64,000 nt of DNA from Obrimoposthia wandeli. Lineage: Eukaryota. How positions within the stretch are numbered: position 1 is the stretch's first letter; each line of letters starts with the position of its first letter. Below, one piece after another: positions 59,328 to 64,000 of the stretch. The position numbers were made by a program, and so were the translations under genes. The stretch covers positions 1 through 64,000 of the forward strand of contig CDROCS010005920.1 in assembly GCA_977020255.1 (NCBI GenBank), in the 5' to 3' direction. The notes under the pieces are model-generated. The model was not told where the DNA came from, ran no database searches, and worked only from the letters and a program-made list of their open reading frames with translations.

Positions 59328-60195
59328 CGATGTGCCTGCAGCGACCCAAAAACACAATGAGCAAATGGGGCGTGTATTTAATATTCAGCGCTATTCGCTC
59401 AATGATGGCCAGGGTATTCGCACTGTAGTGTTTTTCAAGGGATGCCCGCTGAGTTGTCCTTGGTGTGCTAACCCGGAATCACGCTCACCGAAACAACAAG
59501 TGATCAAGCGGGAGGCAAAGTGCATTCATTGTGACGTTTGTGTACTTGATACAAAAGAAAGCATTGATGAGTGCCCAAGTGGTGCCCTAGAGGTTATCGG
59601 TAACGACATGACGTTAGATGAGATTGTCGCTGAAATTGAAAAAGACAGCGTCTTTTTCCGCACCTCCGGTGGTGGCGTTACCCTGTCTGGGGGCGAGGTA
59701 ATGGCTCAAGCCCCTTTTGTTATCGAACTCGCGAAACGTCTCAAAGCGTTGAATTATCCAGTCGCGATAGAGACCACGGGACAAGGCAATCAAAAGCATT
59801 TATTAGCATTGGGAAATTTGTGCAATGAAGTGCTGTTTGACTTCAAAATCATGAATGCAGAACGAGCAAAATCTATCACGGGGATTGATTTGCCAAAGGT
59901 ACTCGATAACTTTAAGGCATTGATTAGAGCGGGTGTGAATGTAACCCCTCGTTTACCTCTCATTCCAGGCTATACCCTAGATTTGATAAATGTAGATCAG
60001 GTATTACGATTCTTACAACCTTTTGAACTCAAAGAGATGCATTTACTACCCTTTCACCAATACGGGGAAAACAAATACGACAATTTAAATTTAAATTACT
60101 TATTAAAAGACGTACGGGTTCCATCTCCAAGTGAAATTGAAGCGATCCGCCGTCACGTAGAAGCCGCAGGCTATCAAATCATTATTGGAGGTTAA
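59317..60195 (+). CDS. pflC: GRE activating radical-SAM enzyme
   Basis: FNIQRYSLNDGQGIR, CPLSCPWC, DECPSGAL, GGGVTLSGGE; overlaps the pflD stop. Confidence 0.92.
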   Translation: MSCNDVPAATQKHNEQMGRVFNIQRYSLNDGQGIRTVVFFKGCPLSCPWCANPESRSPKQQVIKREAKCIHCDVCVLDTKESIDECPSGALEVIGNDMTLDEIVAEIEKDSVFFRTSGGGVTLSGGEVMAQAPFVIELAKRLKALNYPVAIETTGQGNQKHLLALGNLCNEVLFDFKIMNAERAKSITGIDLPKVLDNFKALIRAGVNVTPRLPLIPGYTLDLINVDQVLRFLQPFELKEMHLLPFHQYGENKYDNLNLNYLLKDVRVPSPSEIEAIRRHVEAAGYQIIIGG

Positions 60196-60200
60196 TTCTG

Positions 60201-61061
60201 ATGAAAAAGAAAATTTTACTTACGGGTGCCAGCGGTTTTTTCGGTACGCGATTTATTAAAGCGTACCAGCACCAATTTGAGGTTCATGCAACAGATGTTA
60301 AACAATTAGACATCACAAATAACGAACAAGTGATGACAATTTTTGCTGACATCAAGCCTGACTATGTTATCCATGCCGCTGCCATTGCCGTTACGGACTT
60401 TTGCAATAAAAAACCAGAGCTTGCCCATAAAGTCAATGTACAAGGCGCGATCAACGTTGCCAAAGCTTGTCGTAAAATGGGCAGCAAACTGGTCTTTATC
60501 AGTACCGAACAGGTGTTCAACGGTAACAAAGAGCTTGGTCCCTATACGGAAAACGACGTTCCTGAACCAGATACAGTTTACGGCCAAAACAAATTAGAAG
60601 CGGAAGGAAAATTAAAAGAGATTTTAGATGAGCTTTGGACTATTCGATTCACTTGGTTATTCGGTTTACCTGAACGCCAGACTAATATCAATCCAAATGT
60701 AGTTTGGAATACGCTGCAAAGCCTTATTTCAGGGACAAAAATGTTAGAGCGGACCGATGAATTCCGTGGCCTGACCTATGTTCACGAACTAATTGATCAG
60801 TTTGATAAAATATTTGAAATCCCTTACGGCACCTACCATGTTGGTGCCCAGAATGACCTAAGCCGCTATGAGATTACGCGTCACATTCTAGTTAAGCTTG
60901 GGCAAGAAGATCGCTTAGACCAACTACTTGAAGGTATCGATACCCCAACTGTACGTGATATTCGCCTTGATACATCTAAGATCGCCTCACACGGCATTAC
61001 TTTTACTGACAGCCGTGAAGCAATCAATAACTGCTTGGGTGAATTTAGTTTTAATATTTGA
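60201..61061 (+). CDS. RmlD-like extended SDR NAD(P)-dependent reductase
   Basis: TGASGFFG, HAAA...D.C, ISTEQVF.G, YGQNK (YxxxK), G.YHV. Confidence 0.85.
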   Translation: MKKKILLTGASGFFGTRFIKAYQHQFEVHATDVKQLDITNNEQVMTIFADIKPDYVIHAAAIAVTDFCNKKPELAHKVNVQGAINVAKACRKMGSKLVFISTEQVFNGNKELGPYTENDVPEPDTVYGQNKLEAEGKLKEILDELWTIRFTWLFGLPERQTNINPNVVWNTLQSLISGTKMLERTDEFRGLTYVHELIDQFDKIFEIPYGTYHVGAQNDLSRYEITRHILVKLGQEDRLDQLLEGIDTPTVRDIRLDTSKIASHGITFTDSREAINNCLGEFSFNI

Positions 61062-61088
61062 TTATTTTTAATATTTGGAGTTTAAACA

Positions 61089-61766
61089 ATGATTTACATG
61101 CTAGACACTGCAAACCTTGACGCTATCGCTAAAGCTGTAGATTTTTATCCTCTTGCAGGGGTTACAACCAACCCATCGATTATTGCGAAAGAAAATCGCC
61201 CACTACGTGATATTTTATTCGATATCCGCGAAATTATCGGTCACTTGCGAATGTTACATGTGCAAGTAATTGGTAAAACAGCAGATGTGATGGTGAAGGA
61301 AGCCAATATACTGCATAATATTGATGAAAACTTAATAATCAAAGTACCTGTAACAACTGAAGGTATGAAAGCTATTCGTTTGCTTGCAGCAGATGGTTTT
61401 CGAGTAACAGCAACTGCAATTCTTACTCCACAACAAGCACTTATGGCTGCAGTTGCGGGAGCTGAGTTTTTAGCCCCTTATGTTAATCGCTTAGATAACA
61501 TCTGCGGTGATGGTGTAAAAGTTACGAAAGAAATGGTTCAGCTACTTGACCATTACAACCTGAGTTCAAAAGTTTTGGCTGCATCATTCAAAAATGTTCA
61601 GCAAGTTCAAGATGTAGCAAAGGTTGGTGCGCAATCCATTACTGTCGCCCCTGACGTATTTGATTTACTCATTCAGCATCCATTAACTAATTCAGGTGTT
61701 GCTAGTTTTACCAGTGACTGGGAAAGTGTTTACGGCAAAGGAACGACAATTTTAGATATAATCTAG
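61089..61766 (+). CDS. fsa: Fructose-6-phosphate aldolase (FSA, not transaldolase)
   Basis: LDTAN, GVTTNPS, IKVP Schiff-base Lys; FSA-type Gln (HVQV) and Tyr (APYVNR) instead of transaldolase Glu/Phe. Confidence 0.9.
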   Translation: MIYMLDTANLDAIAKAVDFYPLAGVTTNPSIIAKENRPLRDILFDIREIIGHLRMLHVQVIGKTADVMVKEANILHNIDENLIIKVPVTTEGMKAIRLLAADGFRVTATAILTPQQALMAAVAGAEFLAPYVNRLDNICGDGVKVTKEMVQLLDHYNLSSKVLAASFKNVQQVQDVAKVGAQSITVAPDVFDLLIQHPLTNSGVASFTSDWESVYGKGTTILDII

Positions 61767-62111
61767 CTCGATTAAAAACCTTTAGTGATCTAATAAAGCA
61801 TTTTAGTGCTAAAAGAAGATGTAATATTTTCTTTTTAAATGAAGCTTATTAGATGTTATCTGATTACCACCGAACCTCAGCTAATTTAAGTAGACGCTGA
61901 GGCATCGGTACAGTTTTAATACTCGAATAAATTAGCTGTTCCATCATATTTTCTACGTTGAATCATCGATTAAACTTAACTCTGCGAGGTAACGCACAGA
62001 TGCCTGTTATTAATAGCGTGATACGTACCATACATGTAATTTCATATATTACTAATCATGGTATTAACTCATTTGAAAAATGGTAGCTCCACACAGTCGC
62101 AATTAGTAATA

Positions 62112-62510
62112 TCAAGCAGGCCAGTCACAGTTTTGTAGTACTACTTTATAGCCATCAATATCCTTAAATGATTTACCTACTCGATCCCAATATGGGTTAT
62201 ATGACTCTACCACAATAAACCCAGCATCAATCATACTTCGACAGGCTCTTTCCCATTCTCGGCTACATGGTAAGTAAAACACCAAAAAATTATCCTGTAT
62301 TAATGTATTACCAACTTTCATTCCATGAGAATGAGAGAACTCAAGATGGTAGAGGTGCTTAGGATGACCCAAAACCATACCGTCAAATTCATCTTGATTT
62401 TTAAATTGCGCAAGTACTTCAAAGTTCAGCGCTTTTCTGTACATCAAAGATATTTCTTTTAAGTTATCAGTAAGTCTTACTACTCGTAAAATTGTATCTT
62501 TAGGGATCAT
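62112..62510 (-). CDS. VOC/YycE-like protein
   Basis: LRV.R.TDNL, FDG.VLG, YHLEF, LVFY, YW...G..F.D.DGY.VVLQN. Confidence 0.85.
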   Translation of the reverse strand: MIPKDTILRVVRLTDNLKEISLMYRKALNFEVLAQFKNQDEFDGMVLGHPKHLYHLEFSHSHGMKVGNTLIQDNFLVFYLPCSREWERACRSMIDAGFIVVESYNPYWDRVGKSFKDIDGYKVVLQNCDWPA

Positions 62511-62664
62511 AACTTTATCCTTGGGTATTGGTCATCTGTCCAATGAATGCAGTAATTAAATGCTGGCAGTTCATTATTATACAAAGATTCAACATAGCTA
62601 ACCGGACGAGCTGTACACTATTTTGAAGGCCGCTCGCAAGAAATAGTCAGAAGTCAACTGCATA

Positions 62665-63128
62665 TTTACCACAAAGGATAGTGCCTGAAGACAAAAGTAA
62701 ATATGGGATATTTCTACGAAATACTAGACAAATGTTAAATTCTTCCTGTTATGCGACCTTGTTCAAATTTACAATTGAAAATATACGCTTTGTAAATAAG
62801 GTATTATCCAAAATTAATCAGTTAAAGATAATTCATTGCTTAAATACATTTAACGGGTAGTAATATTTATATCAACATTTACGTGACTCAGTTCACCCTT
62901 CCACTAAGGCCTAACAATACTCCAGTAAATCGTATTTTTATCTTCTCTTTATGAGGTTTGATTTCTCACATTATATAATTAAGAACAAGCAGATTTCCTC
63001 TATATAAATTATTCAAATAATTTTGATAAAATTGTAACCCACTGAACTTAAGGAGAGTGTCATTAATGATCTCATAAAATATCTAATGGTAAGTGTTTCA
63101 ATATAGCCCTGTTTGTTATTTCCGGCGC
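62665..63128 (+). repeat. Diverged duplicate of the ptsA/frwC intergenic region plus decayed first codons of frwC (partner about 55013-55515)
   Basis: Collinear blocks TTTACCACAAAG, CTAGACAAATGTTA, CCAGTAAATCGTATTTTTATCTTCTCTTTAT, TAAGGAGAG. Confidence 0.9.
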
Positions 63129-63243
63129 CTCTCTACATTCGTACCATCATACATGACCGTCACTTTAGTGATTATTGAATTGTATACGTTGTAAATTTTT
63201 TGCTAAAACAGACATACAAACTAATTTGAAGGATTCAACTTTT

Positions 63244-64000
63244 ATGCAGTGCAAATCAGGTTTACGTGACGTATTTTACGTTTCTGTCGGTACAGCCATT
63301 ACATCTGAAACACTCGGACATGCTGTTCTTGGGCAATTCCCTATCAAAACTCGTCAAATAGCTTTACCTTTTATCGATACTACAGACCGAGCGTATCATG
63401 TAAGACAAAAAATTAATCAATCATTTGAATCTAGTGGTGTTAAACCGCTTGTTTTCTATACCATTGCTCAGCCGGAACTGAAAAACATTATCGAACAGAG
63501 CCAAGGCTATTTATATGATGTATTCAATGTACTGATTGAGCAATTAAAAAAGGATCTACAACTTACACCTCAACCACAGTTTCAACGAGTACACAGTATC
63601 AATAAAGACATTACCAGTTATCAGAATCGCATTGCTGCAATTGAATATACTTTAGCTCATGATGATGGGGTCTCACTGAATAATCTCGATCAAGCGGATA
63701 TTATTTTACTTGGTGTTTCTCGCAGTGGAAAAACACCAACCAGCCTGTATTTAGCAATGCAATTTGGTATCCGTGTTGTTAACTACCCATTCATCGCTGA
63801 AGACATGACAAGTCTAAAGTTACCTAAAGCTATTGAACCTTATCGCTTTAAAACCTATGGATTAACTATAAATATTGAGCGTCTGATTACCATTCGGCAT
63901 GAACGTTACGCAAACAGCAATTACGCTAGCGAGCAGCAATGTAAAAACGAATTGAATAAAGTTGAAGCCATGTTTCGTCATGAAGCCATCCCGTACCTCA
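63244..64000 (+). CDS. ppsR: PEP synthase regulatory kinase/pyrophosphorylase, runs off the window end
   Basis: My translation: VFYVS.GTAITSETLGHAVL.QFP...AAIEYTLAHDDG...ADIILLGVSRSGKTPTSLYLAMQFG. Confidence 0.92.
   Translation, partial: MQCKSGLRDVFYVSVGTAITSETLGHAVLGQFPIKTRQIALPFIDTTDRAYHVRQKINQSFESSGVKPLVFYTIAQPELKNIIEQSQGYLYDVFNVLIEQLKKDLQLTPQPQFQRVHSINKDITSYQNRIAAIEYTLAHDDGVSLNNLDQADIILLGVSRSGKTPTSLYLAMQFGIRVVNYPFIAEDMTSLKLPKAIEPYRFKTYGLTINIERLITIRHERYANSNYASEQQCKNELNKVEAMFRHEAIPYL

Noticed and set aside
48-60597. Numerous 60-150 aa ORFs antisense to or out of frame within real genes (e.g. 2451-2852, 24368-24796, 54574-55029)
   Set aside because: Shadow ORFs of strong CDSs or of structured intron RNA, with no motifs.
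60201-61061. Part of an O-antigen/rhamnose biosynthesis locus
   Set aside because: No rmlA/B/C or glycosyltransferase nearby; embedded in a catabolic operon.
61089-61766. Transaldolase
   Set aside because: Has FSA-diagnostic Gln and Tyr (APYVNR) rather than Glu and Phe.

Overview
This is an AT-rich (about 40% GC by eye), Vibrionaceae-like accessory region, probably a large plasmid or genomic island. It is saturated with intact and decayed mobile DNA: IS66, many IS6, IS5/IS903, IS91, IS110/IS1111, IS630 and two group II introns. I found no rRNA, tRNA or CRISPR. Cargo: (1) Both known radical-glycolysis glycyl-radical enzyme modules, yciT-ybiW-ybiY with a divergent PtsG paralog, and ptsA/frwCB-pflD-pflC with frwD-yijO. 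They share one FSA aldolase and one GldA, and carry four extra enzymes absent from the E. coli loci (RmlD-like SDR, Gfo/Idh/MocA, UPF0303, KpsF/GutQ). (2) A tightly coupled usher-less operon of four secreted two-Cys proteins plus an EAL protein, bracketed by inverted IS1111 ends. (3) A VqmA-like PAS-LuxR receptor and a VolA/Pla-1 lipase lacking its lipobox Cys. (4) A glyoxalase/GMC-oxidoreductase/RHH detox module. (5) An MCP, a PhyH dioxygenase, a methyltransferase, regulators and a 3'-truncated ppsR behind a duplicated frw promoter. Family assignments come from recognising motifs by eye, not from database searches. Some frameshifts may be assembly errors.
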